28,937 nucleotides of DNA from Minisyncoccota bacterium. GTDB lineage: Bacteria; Patescibacteriota; Minisyncoccia; Phycocordibacterales; Phycocordibacteraceae. The stretch lies in contig DASVVA010000016.1 in the NCBI GenBank assembly GCA_036386775.1, positions 1-28,937 of the forward strand. The letters are read 5' to 3'. Numbering within the stretch: position 1 is the first letter of the stretch; the number at the start of each line of letters is the position of its first letter. Of this stretch, positions 9,074 through 18,134 are shown one piece after another. Made by a program: the position numbers and the translations under genes. Below the pieces are notes generated by a model that saw only the letters and a list, made by a program, of their open reading frames with translations, was not told where the DNA came from and did no database searches.

Positions 9074-9904
9074 ATGGCAACTGAAAAAGAAACAAAGGCT
9101 AAGGGCCCAGCAAAAGCAGCAGCAAAGAAGGCGCCAGCTAAGGCTGCGGCTAAAGCTCCTGCAAAGAAAGAGGCTCCCTCAAAGAAGATAGCTACTCCAA
9201 AGCCGGAGAAGGCAGCAAAGCCGGCGGCAGGGCTTGAAGCTACGGTCTATAGTGCAACTGGCTCGTCAGCTGGAACCATCACGCTTCCTGAGGCGCTCTT
9301 TGGCGCCCAGTGGAACGCTGACCTCGTGCACCAGGTCGTTGTGGGTATGCAGGCTAATGCACGTCCGACAGTTGCAAACACCAAGTTCCGCGGTGAAGTT
9401 CGCGGCGGTGGCAGGAAGCCTTGGAAGCAGAAGGGTACCGGCCGTGCTCGTCACGGCTCACGGCGCTCACCTATCTGGGTTGGTGGCGGTGTCACGCACG
9501 GCCCTCGTGCTGAAAAAGTGTATGCGGTGAAGATCAACCGTAAGATGCGGGCGGCCGCGCTCGCGTCTGTGCTCTCCCGTAAGTGGGCAGATGGTGAAGT
9601 GATCTTCGTAGAGCGCTTTGCTTTCGATGGTCCTAAAACCAAGGATGCAAAGTCAGCACTCGTTGCTATCGCTAAGGGCGCTGGCCAGGAGGCACTCGCA
9701 ACGCGTCGCACCAATGCCGCCCTAATCGCACTCCCCAAGAAGGACGCAGCTACTGAGAAGTCGTTCCGTAATCTTACGGGCATCGTCTCGGGGGAAGTGC
9801 GCAACCTCAATCCGGTCGATCTCATGACGAAGAAATACCTCGTGATCGCAGAGCCTGCAGAGGCTTTCACGATCCTTGGTAGCCGCCTAACGAAGAAGGC
9901 GTAA
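9074..9904 (+). CDS. rplD: 50S ribosomal protein L4 with ~53-aa Ala/Lys/Pro N-terminal tail
   Basis: RGEVRGGGRKPWKQKGTGRARHGSRRSPIWVGGG, KINRKMR. Confidence 0.98.
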   Translation: MATEKETKAKGPAKAAAKKAPAKAAAKAPAKKEAPSKKIATPKPEKAAKPAAGLEATVYSATGSSAGTITLPEALFGAQWNADLVHQVVVGMQANARPTVANTKFRGEVRGGGRKPWKQKGTGRARHGSRRSPIWVGGGVTHGPRAEKVYAVKINRKMRAAALASVLSRKWADGEVIFVERFAFDGPKTKDAKSALVAIAKGAGQEALATRRTNAALIALPKKDAATEKSFRNLTGIVSGEVRNLNPVDLMTKKYLVIAEPAEAFTILGSRLTKKA

Positions 9905-9914
9905 CGAGAATTTT

Positions 9915-10259
9915 ATGGCACTCTTTTCATCAACTCCCAAGAACGGCTCAAAGGCTCAGACGCCTAAGGTAGACGACGGTCGCTTGGCACACACGCTCAA
10001 GCGCCCATGGTTCTCCGAGAAGGCTTTCATTGGCACCGAGAACGGCGTCTACGTCTTTGAGGTCCCTGCTTCGGCAACGAAGCCTGAGATCAAGGCTGCA
10101 GTCGAGAAGTTCTACAGCGTTACGCCCCGACAGATTCGCGTCGTGAACCTGCCCGCAAAGAAGGTGTCTTTGCGTACTCGCCGCGGCACCGGCTCGCGCG
10201 CGCGTCGCCATAAGGCATACGTGTACCTAAAGAAAGGCGATACGATTTCGATTGCCTAA
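9915..10259 (+). CDS. rplW: 50S ribosomal protein L23
   Basis: PWFSEKA, YVFEV, ATKPEIKAAVEKFY, KAYVYLKKG. Confidence 0.97.
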   Translation: MALFSSTPKNGSKAQTPKVDDGRLAHTLKRPWFSEKAFIGTENGVYVFEVPASATKPEIKAAVEKFYSVTPRQIRVVNLPAKKVSLRTRRGTGSRARRHKAYVYLKKGDTISIA

Positions 10260-10269
10260 TACCTGAAGT

Positions 10270-11112
10270 ATGAAAACCTACAAGCCAACCAGTCCAAGCC
10301 GCCGCGGCATGACCACGCTTCCGTACAAGAAGCTTCTGTCGGGCGATCGCCCCATGAAGTCGCTTCTCAAAACGAAGAAGCGCCAGGCGGGCCGTAATAA
10401 TGCAGGCCGCATCACGACCCGTCACCAGGGCGGTGGTCATAAGCGCCGCTATCGCGACATTGATTTCACGTACAACAAGATGGATATCCCGGCAAAGATC
10501 GAGACCATTGAGTACGATCCGTACCGCACCGGCTTCATCGCCCGCGCCCTCTACGCAGACGGTGAACGCCGCTACGTGCTTGCTCCCAAGGATGTGAAAG
10601 TCGGCGACACTTTCCTCGTCGGTGAGACCGCACCACTTAAGCCCGGTAACCGCGTACCGCTCGGCCGTATCCCGTCCGGCACCTTCGTATACAATGTTGA
10701 GCTTAAGCGCGGCGCAGGCGCACGCCTTGCGCGTTCTGCCGGCAACTATGCCGAAGTCGTCGCGCACGATGCAGGCTACGCGCAGCTCAAGCTTCCTTCA
10801 ACCGAAGTTCGCAAAGTCTCCGATCTCTGCTTCGCATCCATTGGTGCCGTCGGTAACGAGAACAGCCGCCTTGTGAATATCGGTAAAGCAGGCCGCTCCC
10901 GTTGGATGGGCAAGCGCCCGACGGTTCGTGGTACTGCCATGAACCCAGTCGACCATCCGCATGGGGGTGGTGAAGGACGCCAAGGCCGCGGTCTACGCCG
11001 GGCCAAGAGTATGTGGGGCAAACCTACCGGCAAGGGTCAGAAGACTCGCACGCCGAAGAAGTACTCAAACGTCTTCATCGTCTCGCGCCGCAAGGTCGGC
11101 AAGAAGCGCTAG
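10270..11112 (+). CDS. rplB: 50S ribosomal protein L2
   Basis: GRNNAGRIT, IEYDPYR, RGTAMNPVDHPHGGGEG. Confidence 0.99.
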   Translation: MKTYKPTSPSRRGMTTLPYKKLLSGDRPMKSLLKTKKRQAGRNNAGRITTRHQGGGHKRRYRDIDFTYNKMDIPAKIETIEYDPYRTGFIARALYADGERRYVLAPKDVKVGDTFLVGETAPLKPGNRVPLGRIPSGTFVYNVELKRGAGARLARSAGNYAEVVAHDAGYAQLKLPSTEVRKVSDLCFASIGAVGNENSRLVNIGKAGRSRWMGKRPTVRGTAMNPVDHPHGGGEGRQGRGLRRAKSMWGKPTGKGQKTRTPKKYSNVFIVSRRKVGKKR

Positions 11113-11123
11113 TTAAGTGACTT

Positions 11124-11157
11124 AAAGAAAAACCGCTCTCGCCAGCGGTTTTTCTTT
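11124..11157. terminator. Bidirectional intrinsic terminator after rplB
   Basis: AAAGAAAAACCGCT-ctcgcc-AGCGGTTTTTCTTT: perfect 14-bp stem. Confidence 0.85.
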
Positions 11158-11163
11158 AGTGTC

Positions 11164-11172
11164 TGCTACAAT
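11164..11172 (+). promoter_or_regulatory. Extended -10 of a probable leaderless transcript
   Basis: TGC-TACAAT, 6 nt, ATG 11179. Confidence 0.65.
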
Positions 11173-11178
11173 CCCGGA

Positions 11179-11799
11179 ATGATTAAGGCAGCTCTATTTG
11201 ATGTTGACGGCGTCATTCTCGTTGGCAGAGAATGCCTCTTTAGTGAGCGGCTTGCAAAACATCAAGATATTCCCGGCGCGCATGTGTCAGAGTTTTTCGC
11301 TAAGGATTTTAAAAAGTGTTCTTTCGGCAAAGCCGATTTGAAAGAGGTGCTCACTCCGTACTTGTCTAAATGGAAGTGGAAAGGGAGTGTCGACGATCTG
11401 TGTAGTTTCTGGTTTGAAAACGAAGGAATTATAGATGCGGAGCTGCTGGCAATTGTGACCAAGTTGCGCGGAAGCGGTATTAAGTGCTACGTCGCAACAC
11501 GACAAGAGAAGTACCGACTGAAGTATCTCGTTGATTCTCTAGGCCTAAAAAACCACTTCGATGGAGTCTTTTCTACGTGTGACGTCGGCTTTGATAAAGA
11601 CACCTTCGAATTCTACGAGAACATATTTCATCAAACAGGCCTAGCTCCAGATGAGATTCTGTTTTTTGACGATAAAGAGGTAAACGTAAAGACCGCGCGT
11701 AGTCTGGGTATAAGGGCCTGTTTTTACCAAGGAATCGAGGACTTAAAAGTTCAGGCTGAACCCATTCTGTCAGAAGTTACGGCCGATACTTCGGATTAA
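11179..11799 (+). CDS. HAD-superfamily hydrolase (subfamily IA)
   Basis: Motif I FDVDGV; motif II YVAT; lysine motif GFDK; motif IV FFDDKEVNV. Confidence 0.9.
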   Translation: MIKAALFDVDGVILVGRECLFSERLAKHQDIPGAHVSEFFAKDFKKCSFGKADLKEVLTPYLSKWKWKGSVDDLCSFWFENEGIIDAELLAIVTKLRGSGIKCYVATRQEKYRLKYLVDSLGLKNHFDGVFSTCDVGFDKDTFEFYENIFHQTGLAPDEILFFDDKEVNVKTARSLGIRACFYQGIEDLKVQAEPILSEVTADTSD

Positions 11800-12589
11800 G
11801 GATGCTGCTTAGGTCTGAAAGGGGGATGGGTGCCTCGATCGTGCCGTAGGCATACGGGCCCACCTGGTATGGAGGGAAGATGAGGCGGAGCGTCGTGCCA
11901 TCTATGGCGAAGTTGTTAAATGAGTCGCCCATGGGCTGAGTACCGGAATTAATGTACTCGGCATCTATCTGATCGGGTGTTGTTTCCGCACGCTTTGCCA
12001 TAATGGCAGGCAGTTCAGCGCGTGCTCTGGCGGACAGCCGCTCAAGGTAGGAAGTGCCGGGAGCAAATAGCTCGTCGAGGTGGATATTCTCGCCGGTAGC
12101 GCGGTCAAATGTAAACGTGCGGTAGTAGGCATTAGGGTGAGCGCCTAGGGTGTTTTCGTAGATGATGTAGACGTACGAAATTGTTTTAGGGCTCTCGTAA
12201 AGGGAGTAATCGATGTCGAGAGCGTATTTTTGTCCGCCGGCTATGCTTGCGAGCTCGGGCATTTGTTCCTCGGCACGTTCCTCAAAGCCGCCCATGGCGT
12301 TCTCGACAAAGGACTTCATAAGCGCGACGGCCCCAGCGTCTGCTTCGGCGCCTGCACTTTGGGCGAGGGGCGTGACGCTTGGATAGGTAGCCTCGGCGTC
12401 GTGGTAACGCCCCGAATCAGTGAGTACGATCGGGGGAGTCGTTGTGGCTGTCGGGGTTGTGGTGGCAACAGTGCCCCCTGGGGCAAGCGCACGGGGGGTC
12501 GGATCAATGAAAAGGCGCCATACAAGGATCGCAAGGAAGACGATGAGAAGGGCAACAACGGCCCAGACGGCATGGTGCTTATTGTTCAT
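11777..12589 (-). CDS. Membrane-anchored DUF3298/DUF4163 (RsiV/PdaC-like) protein
   Basis: N-terminal TM helix, Thr/Pro linker (TTTPTATTTPP), GAHPNAYYRTFTFD, FPPYQVGPYAYG. Confidence 0.8.
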   Translation of the reverse strand: MNNKHHAVWAVVALLIVFLAILVWRLFIDPTPRALAPGGTVATTTPTATTTPPIVLTDSGRYHDAEATYPSVTPLAQSAGAEADAGAVALMKSFVENAMGGFEERAEEQMPELASIAGGQKYALDIDYSLYESPKTISYVYIIYENTLGAHPNAYYRTFTFDRATGENIHLDELFAPGTSYLERLSARARAELPAIMAKRAETTPDQIDAEYINSGTQPMGDSFNNFAIDGTTLRLIFPPYQVGPYAYGTIEAPIPLSDLSSILNPKYRP

Positions 12590-12596
12590 CTTACTA

Positions 12597-12602
12597 AGTA
12601 TA
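12597..12602 (-). promoter_or_regulatory. -10 box of a probable leaderless transcript (minus strand)
   Basis: Minus-strand TATACT, 7 nt, ATG at 12589. Confidence 0.6.
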
Positions 12603-12652
12603 GCGCTTCGCCGCCCTCGGCCACTCTAAGAGCTCTGGAATAAGCCTTAAGT

Positions 12653-12681
12653 TTGACACTACTACGCATTTCCTATACATT
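12653..12681 (+). promoter_or_regulatory. Sigma70-type promoter for rpsS to rplE
   Basis: TTGACA-17 nt-TACATT. Confidence 0.75.
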
Positions 12682-12705
12682 AGCCCTATCTCGCGCAAGG
12701 CTAAT

Positions 12706-12729
12706 CCGAGCGTCCGCGAGGACGCTCGG
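12706..12729 (+). promoter_or_regulatory. GNRA-capped hairpin in the rpsS leader
   Basis: CCGAGCGTCC-gcga-GGACGCTCGG: perfect 10-bp stem. Confidence 0.6.
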
Positions 12730-12757
12730 TCGCTTTAGTTGGCGGGTCATTTTTCTC

Positions 12758-13105
12758 ATGTCTCGATCGCTTAAGAAAGGTCCGTACGTGGACCAGAAGC
12801 TCCTCAAGAAGGTAGCCGACCAAAAGCCCTCTACTGCGGGTGTTATTCGCACATGGGCTCGCGCTAGTCAGATTGCCCCCGAATTCGTGGGCTTCACATT
12901 TGGCGTTCACAATGGCAAGCAGCACATCGAAGTCCTTGTTACCGAGGATATGGTAGGGCACCGCCTAGGAGAATTCTCAGCAACGAAGAAATTCCTTCGT
13001 CACGGAGGAAAGATGCAGAAGGAACTTGAGCAGAAGCGCAAGGACGCAGAAATTGCTGCTGCTAAGGCTGCTAAGAGCGCGCCCGCGGCGGCTAAGAAGA
13101 AATAG
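12758..13105 (+). CDS. rpsS: 30S ribosomal protein S19 (start at 12758), with Ala/Lys C-terminal tail
   Basis: [33 protein letters not shown]. Confidence 0.98.
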   Translation: MSRSLKKGPYVDQKLLKKVADQKPSTAGVIRTWARASQIAPEFVGFTFGVHNGKQHIEVLVTEDMVGHRLGEFSATKKFLRHGGKMQKELEQKRKDAEIAAAKAAKSAPAAAKKK

Positions 13106-13107
13106 TT

Positions 13108-13431
13108 ATGAAGGCTGAGCTTAAAAGTTACAACCAGCCTCCGCGCAAGGTCCGCCTCGTAACGGATCTTGTGAAGGGCAAGAAGGTGCCAGATGCCCTT
13201 GCCGCGCTCGCCTTCCTTCCGAAGCGCGCCGCACTTCCAATTGCTAAGCTCATCGCAAGTGCTGCGGCCAATGCAAAGACGCAGGGCGCAGACCTTGAAA
13301 AGCTCCGCGTGAAGAATATCGCTGTCGACAGCGCGGGCATGCTTGTGAAGTACATGCCTCGCGCCATGGGCCGCGCCGCTCCTGTACGCCGCCGCAAAAG
13401 CCGTGTTTCCGTAACGCTCTCGGATGCGTAA
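13108..13431 (+). CDS. rplV: 50S ribosomal protein L22
   Basis: PPRKVRLVTDLVKG, SAAANA, PRAMGRA. Confidence 0.98.
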   Translation: MKAELKSYNQPPRKVRLVTDLVKGKKVPDALAALAFLPKRAALPIAKLIASAAANAKTQGADLEKLRVKNIAVDSAGMLVKYMPRAMGRAAPVRRRKSRVSVTLSDA

Positions 13432-13449
13432 TCCGCCCACTATTTTCGT

Positions 13450-14160
13450 ATGACCCACACCGTACATCCGTATGCCCACCGCCTAGGCGTGATCCGCGAC
13501 TGGCGGAGTCGCTGGTTTGCCGGCGATAAGAAGACCTTCCGCGAAAATCTTGCGGTTGATAACGCTATACGTACCTACGTAACCAAGAAGATGCGCAGCA
13601 TGCATGTCGCTGAAATTGAGATCGAGCGCTCTCAGTCGGAAATCCGCGTCATCCTCCATACCGCACGCCCGGGCCTAGTCATAGGCCGCTCTGGCGAGAA
13701 CGCAACGAAGCTCCGCAAGGAACTGGGTGACACTATCCGCAAAACTGCGCCTAACCACGGACGCACGCTCAAGCTCGACATCATGGAGATTCGTCAGCCA
13801 GAGACCTCAGCAGCTGTCGTCGGCATGATGGTAGTCGAGGGTCTTGAAAAGCGCATGCCATTCCGCCGTGTGCTTAAGCAAACGGTTGAAAAGGTAATGG
13901 CCGTTCGCGATGTTATTGGTGTTCGTGTCATCATCTCGGGTCGGCTGAACGGCGCGGATATGAGCCGTAAGGAAGAAATCAAGCGCGGCCGGATCCCTCT
14001 CCAGACCTTCCGTGCCAACATCGACTACGCACACCAAGAGGCCTACCTCCCGTACGGCGTAATCGGTATCAAGGTTTGGGTATACCTCGGCGAGCAGTTC
14101 GGTATGAATCAGCAGCAGGAGGGCCGTGAATCTACAGGTCGCCCCGGACGCGGCAAATAA
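13450..14160 (+). CDS. rpsC: 30S ribosomal protein S3
   Basis: VHPYAHRLG, RPGLVIGRSG, SGRLNGA, GRIPLQTFRANIDY, YGVIGIKVW. Confidence 0.99.
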   Translation: MTHTVHPYAHRLGVIRDWRSRWFAGDKKTFRENLAVDNAIRTYVTKKMRSMHVAEIEIERSQSEIRVILHTARPGLVIGRSGENATKLRKELGDTIRKTAPNHGRTLKLDIMEIRQPETSAAVVGMMVVEGLEKRMPFRRVLKQTVEKVMAVRDVIGVRVIISGRLNGADMSRKEEIKRGRIPLQTFRANIDYAHQEAYLPYGVIGIKVWVYLGEQFGMNQQQEGRESTGRPGRGK

Positions 14161-14170
14161 TAAGTGACGT

Positions 14171-14593
14171 ATGCTGTTTCCTAAGAAAGTAAAACACCGC
14201 AAGTGGCAGACCGGACGCAAGTCCGAGGCTCGTCTTGCGCGTCCGGATACGCGCGGCACCACAGTCGCCTTTGGCTCACTCGGCCTTAAGGCCACTACCT
14301 CCTCGCGCGTCACCTCAAACCAGATTGAGGCCGCTCGTAAGGTTCTTACCCGTGTTACGGGTAAAGGCGGTAAGATGTGGATTCGCATCTTCCCAGACCG
14401 TCCGGTCACCGCAAAGCCTGCGGAGGTGGGCATGGGTAAGGGTAAAGGTGATCCGAAGAAATTCGTCTTTGAGGTGCGACCGGGCCGCGTGCTCTTTGAG
14501 CTCGATGGCGTTGAGGAAGTGAAGGCACGAGACGCGCTTCGTCGCGCAGGCGCGAAGCTCCCGCTTAAGGTCAGTATCGTCACGCGCGCATAA
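14171..14593 (+). CDS. rplP: 50S ribosomal protein L16
   Basis: MLFPKKVKHRK, QIEAAR, WIRIFPD, GMGKGKG, KLP. Confidence 0.99.
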   Translation: MLFPKKVKHRKWQTGRKSEARLARPDTRGTTVAFGSLGLKATTSSRVTSNQIEAARKVLTRVTGKGGKMWIRIFPDRPVTAKPAEVGMGKGKGDPKKFVFEVRPGRVLFELDGVEEVKARDALRRAGAKLPLKVSIVTRA

Positions 14594-14597
14594 TCCT

Positions 14598-14804
14598 ATG
14601 GCTACCAAAATTAATCTTAGCGAGAAGAACGTATCCGAACTCACGGACCTGCTTCGCGAGAAGCGGGAAGAGCTTCGTACGCTCCGTTTTTCGATGGCTG
14701 GCGCCAAGGCAAAGGACAGTAATTCGCCGGCAAACATCCGTGCCGACATTGCCCGTCTTATGACCGAGCTCCACAAGCGCGCGCGTTCCGCATCAGCCGC
14801 ATAA
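14598..14804 (+). CDS. rpmC: 50S ribosomal protein L29
   Basis: ELRTLRF, IRADIARLMT; position between rplP and rpsQ. Confidence 0.95.
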   Translation: MATKINLSEKNVSELTDLLREKREELRTLRFSMAGAKAKDSNSPANIRADIARLMTELHKRARSASAA

Positions 14805-14808
14805 TTCT

Positions 14809-15099
14809 ATGGAAACTAATACCATCCGACCTCAAACCTTCCGCGGCACCGTTGTTAAGACGGCCATGAAAGACACGGCAACCGTGGCCGTTTCGCGCTA
14901 CGTGAAGCATCCAAAGTACAAGAAGTACCGTGTGCTTACAAAAAAGTATCTGGTACACGATCCTGAGAACACCGCCAAGGTTGGCGACCAGGTCACCATT
15001 GTCGCTTCGCGACCGATCTCAAAGATGAAACGCTTCAAGCTCGCCGAAATTACTGCGCGCGCTGAGACTGTCGATACGGTCAGTGAGACCGCTGCCTAA
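14809..15099 (+). CDS. rpsQ: 30S ribosomal protein S17
   Basis: GTVVKTAMKDT, KHPKYKK, HD, GDQV, RPISKMKRF. Confidence 0.98.
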   Translation: METNTIRPQTFRGTVVKTAMKDTATVAVSRYVKHPKYKKYRVLTKKYLVHDPENTAKVGDQVTIVASRPISKMKRFKLAEITARAETVDTVSETAA

Positions 15100-15120
15100 T
15101 CATTACTAACTACTACGCGT

Positions 15121-15498
15121 ATGCTTCAGCCCCAGACCATCGTTACCGTCGCAGACAACTCAGGCGCCAAAGTCGCTCGCGTTTTCAAGGTGCTTGGGGG
15201 ATCGAAGCGTCGTTATGCTGAGCTTGGCGACGTCGTAGTCGTATCAGTCCAGAGCGCAGAGCCCCGCAAGCCGGTAAAGAAGAAGGACATCTATAAGGCG
15301 GTGGTCGTACGCCAGAGGAAGCCCTACCGCCGCATGAACGGTTCCTACATCCGCTTCGACGATAATGCTGTCGTGCTTATCGAGAAGCAGGGTAAGGAGA
15401 TGGGCCCGAAGGGCAATCGTGTATTTGGCCCTGTGCCCCGTGACCTTATCGAACGCGGGTGGCAGAATATTGCCTCGCTTGCTCCTGAAGTCGTATAG
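15121..15498 (+). CDS. rplN: 50S ribosomal protein L14
   Basis: [32 protein letters not shown]. Confidence 0.99.
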   Translation: MLQPQTIVTVADNSGAKVARVFKVLGGSKRRYAELGDVVVVSVQSAEPRKPVKKKDIYKAVVVRQRKPYRRMNGSYIRFDDNAVVLIEKQGKEMGPKGNRVFGPVPRDLIERGWQNIASLAPEVV

Positions 15499-15508
15499 AG
15501 ATTTAAGT

Positions 15509-15823
15509 ATGAAAATGAAGCTCAAAAAAGGAGATACCGTTGTCGTCGTAAGCGGCAAGGATAAAGGGAAGCAAGGCACTATTATGACGGCGCTTCCTGA
15601 CATGAACCGGGTTGTCGTTGATGGCGTCGGTCTCGTAAAGCGCCACCTGCGTCGCGCAACCCGCGGTCAGAGCGCAGGCATTGTCGAGCGCCCTCGCCCT
15701 ATCGACGCATCGAATGTAATGCTGCTTGACCCAAAGGACGGAAAGCCTACCCGAGTCGGACGCAAGATTGAAAACGGCAAGGTTGTGCGCGTAGCCAAGA
15801 AGAGCGGTACCACGCTTTCGTAA
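15509..15823 (+). CDS. rplX: 50S ribosomal protein L24 (start at 15509, not 15365)
   Basis: KKGDTVVVVSGKDKGKQG, IDASNVML, RVAKKSG. Confidence 0.97.
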   Translation: MKMKLKKGDTVVVVSGKDKGKQGTIMTALPDMNRVVVDGVGLVKRHLRRATRGQSAGIVERPRPIDASNVMLLDPKDGKPTRVGRKIENGKVVRVAKKSGTTLS

Positions 15824-15834
15824 CCCACGCTCGT

Positions 15835-16368
15835 ATGATGATTTCACAGCAAAAACAACAGGCCGCCTACGATTCCTTTAAGGAGCGCTTCGGTTACGGC
15901 AACGTAATGGCGGCGCCTCGACTCACAAAGATCGTCGTATCTTCGGGAGTCGGCAAAGCAAAGGACAAGAACAAGAATAAGATCGTCGAGGACCGCCTTG
16001 CACGCATTACCGGCCAGAAGCCCTCGGCTCGTGCAGCGCGTCAGTCTATTGCCTCTTTCAAACTTCGCGAAGGCGACATCGTTGGCTACCAGGCGACGCT
16101 TCGCGGCGACCGCATGTGGCAGTTTCTTGATAAACTCATCCACATTGCGCTTCCGCGTACGCGCGACTTCCGTGGCTTGTCGGCTTCTTCAGTCGACGAC
16201 ATGGGCAACTACACGCTCGGTATTCGTGAGAACACCATCTTCCCTGAGACCAGCGAAGAGGATCTCAAGGACGTCTTCGGCCTCTCGGTGACCCTCGTGT
16301 CGACGGCAAAGACCAAGGAAGAAGCTGAAGCCTTCTACCGCCACCTCGGCCTGCCGCTCAAGGCTTAG
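15835..16368 (+). CDS. rplE: 50S ribosomal protein L5
   Basis: PRLTKIVVSSGVG, ITGQKP, IASFKLREG, PRTRDFRG, GNYTLG. Confidence 0.99.
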   Translation: MMISQQKQQAAYDSFKERFGYGNVMAAPRLTKIVVSSGVGKAKDKNKNKIVEDRLARITGQKPSARAARQSIASFKLREGDIVGYQATLRGDRMWQFLDKLIHIALPRTRDFRGLSASSVDDMGNYTLGIRENTIFPETSEEDLKDVFGLSVTLVSTAKTKEEAEAFYRHLGLPLKA

Positions 16369-16378
16369 TTAACCGCAC

Positions 16379-16414
16379 AGAAAGTGCCCGCGATGGAAAT
16401 CGCGGGCACTTTCT
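16379..16414. terminator. Intrinsic terminator after rplE
   Basis: AGAAAGTGCCCGCGAT-ggaa-ATCGCGGGCACTTTCT: perfect 16-bp stem, GNRA loop. Confidence 0.85.
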
Positions 16415-16489
16415 TCATTTTTGCGACGTGGCTCACTGCGCAATTCTGCTTCCAGTCATCGCTGCCGAAAAGGTGCCTCGAGCGAGTGT

Positions 16490-16518
16490 TTGACAGCGTA
16501 AATCCTTACTGATACATT
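16490..16518 (+). promoter_or_regulatory. Sigma70-type promoter for rpsN to secY
   Basis: TTGACA-17 nt-TACATT, with the same hexamers as the rpsS promoter. Confidence 0.75.
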
Positions 16519-16551
16519 ACTTGCACGCTCCGTCGGGGCTATTTTTTTCGT

Positions 16552-16821
16552 ATGGCAAAAACCTCAGTACTCGCCCGAAACGCCAAAAGGGTGAAGCTTT
16601 CCGAGAAGTACGCAGCAAAGCGTGCTGCTCTTAAGGCTGCCGGCGACTATGAGGGTCTCCAGAAGCTCCCCCGCAACTCCTCTCCTGTGCGCATTAAGAA
16701 CCGCTGTGCAGTTACCGGCCGTGGACGCGGTTACCTTCGTGCCTTCGGTCTTTCTCGCATTAAGTTCCGTGAGCTTGCACGTGAGGGTAAGATTCCGGGC
16801 GTAAAGAAGGCATCATGGTAA
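16552..16821 (+). CDS. rpsN: 30S ribosomal protein S14, 89-aa Zn-independent form
   Basis: [39 protein letters not shown]; only one Cys. Confidence 0.98.
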   Translation: MAKTSVLARNAKRVKLSEKYAAKRAALKAAGDYEGLQKLPRNSSPVRIKNRCAVTGRGRGYLRAFGLSRIKFRELAREGKIPGVKKASW

Positions 16822-17210
16822 GCGACCGCGTCGGCGACTTCATTATTCGTCTCAAGAATGCAGGTGCCATCGGCAACCGCACGGTAAACGTGCCGCATTC
16901 AAAGCATCTCGAGGCAATTGCCCGCAAGCTCAAAGAGCTCGGCTTTGTCGAAGGTATCGAGATCAGCACCAAGAAAGTGCCGTCAATGATGGAAGTGACG
17001 CTGGCGTATGACAGCGAAGGTCGTCACAAGATCCATGACGTGAAGCGCGTATCGAAGCCCGGGCGTCGCCTGTATGTACCCGCACACGAGGCGCACACCG
17101 TAAAGAACGGTCTTGGCGCGCGCCTCATCTCGACCCCCAAGGGTGTGCTTACGGACGCCGAAGCGCGTAAGGTTCGTCAGGGTGGCGAGAACCTATTTGA
17201 GATCTGGTAG
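16815..17210 (+). CDS. rpsH: 30S ribosomal protein S8
   Basis: [35 protein letters not shown]; overlaps the rpsN stop. Confidence 0.98.
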   Translation: MVSDRVGDFIIRLKNAGAIGNRTVNVPHSKHLEAIARKLKELGFVEGIEISTKKVPSMMEVTLAYDSEGRHKIHDVKRVSKPGRRLYVPAHEAHTVKNGLGARLISTPKGVLTDAEARKVRQGGENLFEIW

Positions 17211-17222
17211 CTTTCTTTTCGT

Positions 17223-17756
17223 ATGTCCCGTCTTGCTAAAAAGCCCATTCCCGTCCCCGCAAAAGTAACCGTCGACACCACTGACGGCATGCTTACCGTT
17301 AAGGGCGCGAAAGAGACGCTTGCCCGCCCGGTTCATTCCTCGATCTCAATCGACGTGACTCCCGAGGGCGTTATGGTGGCTCCTAAGAACAACAGCAAGC
17401 TCGCGCGAGCTCTTACTGGTACCTACGCCGCCCACGTGCGTGCCATGGTCGCCGGTGTCGAAACCCCATGGAAGAAGGTGCTCATCCTCAAGGGTGTCGG
17501 CTACAAGGTCGAGCTTCGTGGCAATGATCTGGTTTTCAACGTTGGCTTCTCACATCCAGTAACGCTGGCCGTACCTGAGGGCCTTACGGCTACCGTCGAA
17601 AAGACGACCATTACCATTGCCGGCGCGGACAAGCAGAAGGTCGGTCAGTTCGCCGCAGAGATCCGCGATGTGAAGCGTCCTGAGCCATATCTCGGTAAGG
17701 GTATCGCTTACGATAACGAGGTTATCCGCCGTAAGCAGGGTAAGAAGGCTGTTTAG
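17223..17756 (+). CDS. rplF: 50S ribosomal protein L6
   Basis: [37 protein letters not shown]. Confidence 0.99.
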   Translation: MSRLAKKPIPVPAKVTVDTTDGMLTVKGAKETLARPVHSSISIDVTPEGVMVAPKNNSKLARALTGTYAAHVRAMVAGVETPWKKVLILKGVGYKVELRGNDLVFNVGFSHPVTLAVPEGLTATVEKTTITIAGADKQKVGQFAAEIRDVKRPEPYLGKGIAYDNEVIRRKQGKKAV

Positions 17757-17764
17757 TACTACAT

Positions 17765-18115
17765 ATGACTCGACTTGGAACTACCAAAAAGAATCTGCGC
17801 GAACGTCGTCATGCACGCGTTCGCTCCAGGGTATCCGGCACTTCGGAGCGCCCACGTCTTGCCGTATTTCGCTCGAACCGCTTCGTTTCGGTGCAGGTCA
17901 TCGATGACGTTGCTGGACGCACGGTCGCCGCTGCGCACGGTCGCGAGTTTCCTGGCGCGCAGAGCGCGCAGGCAGCGGCTGTGGGCAAGGCTATTGCTGA
18001 GCGCGCAAAGAAGGCGGGAGTCTCAAGCGTCGTATTTGATCGCGGTGGGTACTCCTATGCTGCACAGGTGCGAGCACTTGCTGATGCAGCCCGCGAAGGA
18101 GGACTCCAGTTCTAA
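17765..18115 (+). CDS. rplR: 50S ribosomal protein L18
   Basis: [31 protein letters not shown]. Confidence 0.98.
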   Translation: MTRLGTTKKNLRERRHARVRSRVSGTSERPRLAVFRSNRFVSVQVIDDVAGRTVAAAHGREFPGAQSAQAAAVGKAIAERAKKAGVSSVVFDRGGYSYAAQVRALADAAREGGLQF

Positions 18116-18134
18116 ATTACTTCTTTAAAACTTT

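Noticed and set aside
12230-12643. 137-aa plus-strand ORF (and overlapping 85- and 69-aa ORFs) opposite the DUF3298 gene
   Set aside because: Antisense to a credible gene, with no start signal or recognisable domain
13807-14583. 258-aa minus-strand ORF across rpsC-rplP
   Set aside because: Antisense to highly conserved ribosomal protein genes, Arg/Ser-rich and without motifs; a typical GC-rich shadow ORF. The same applies to the other antisense ORFs over fusA, tuf, rplB and secY
16552-16821. Zn-free 89-aa S14 as a novelty
   Set aside because: This is a well-known C-minus form of S14
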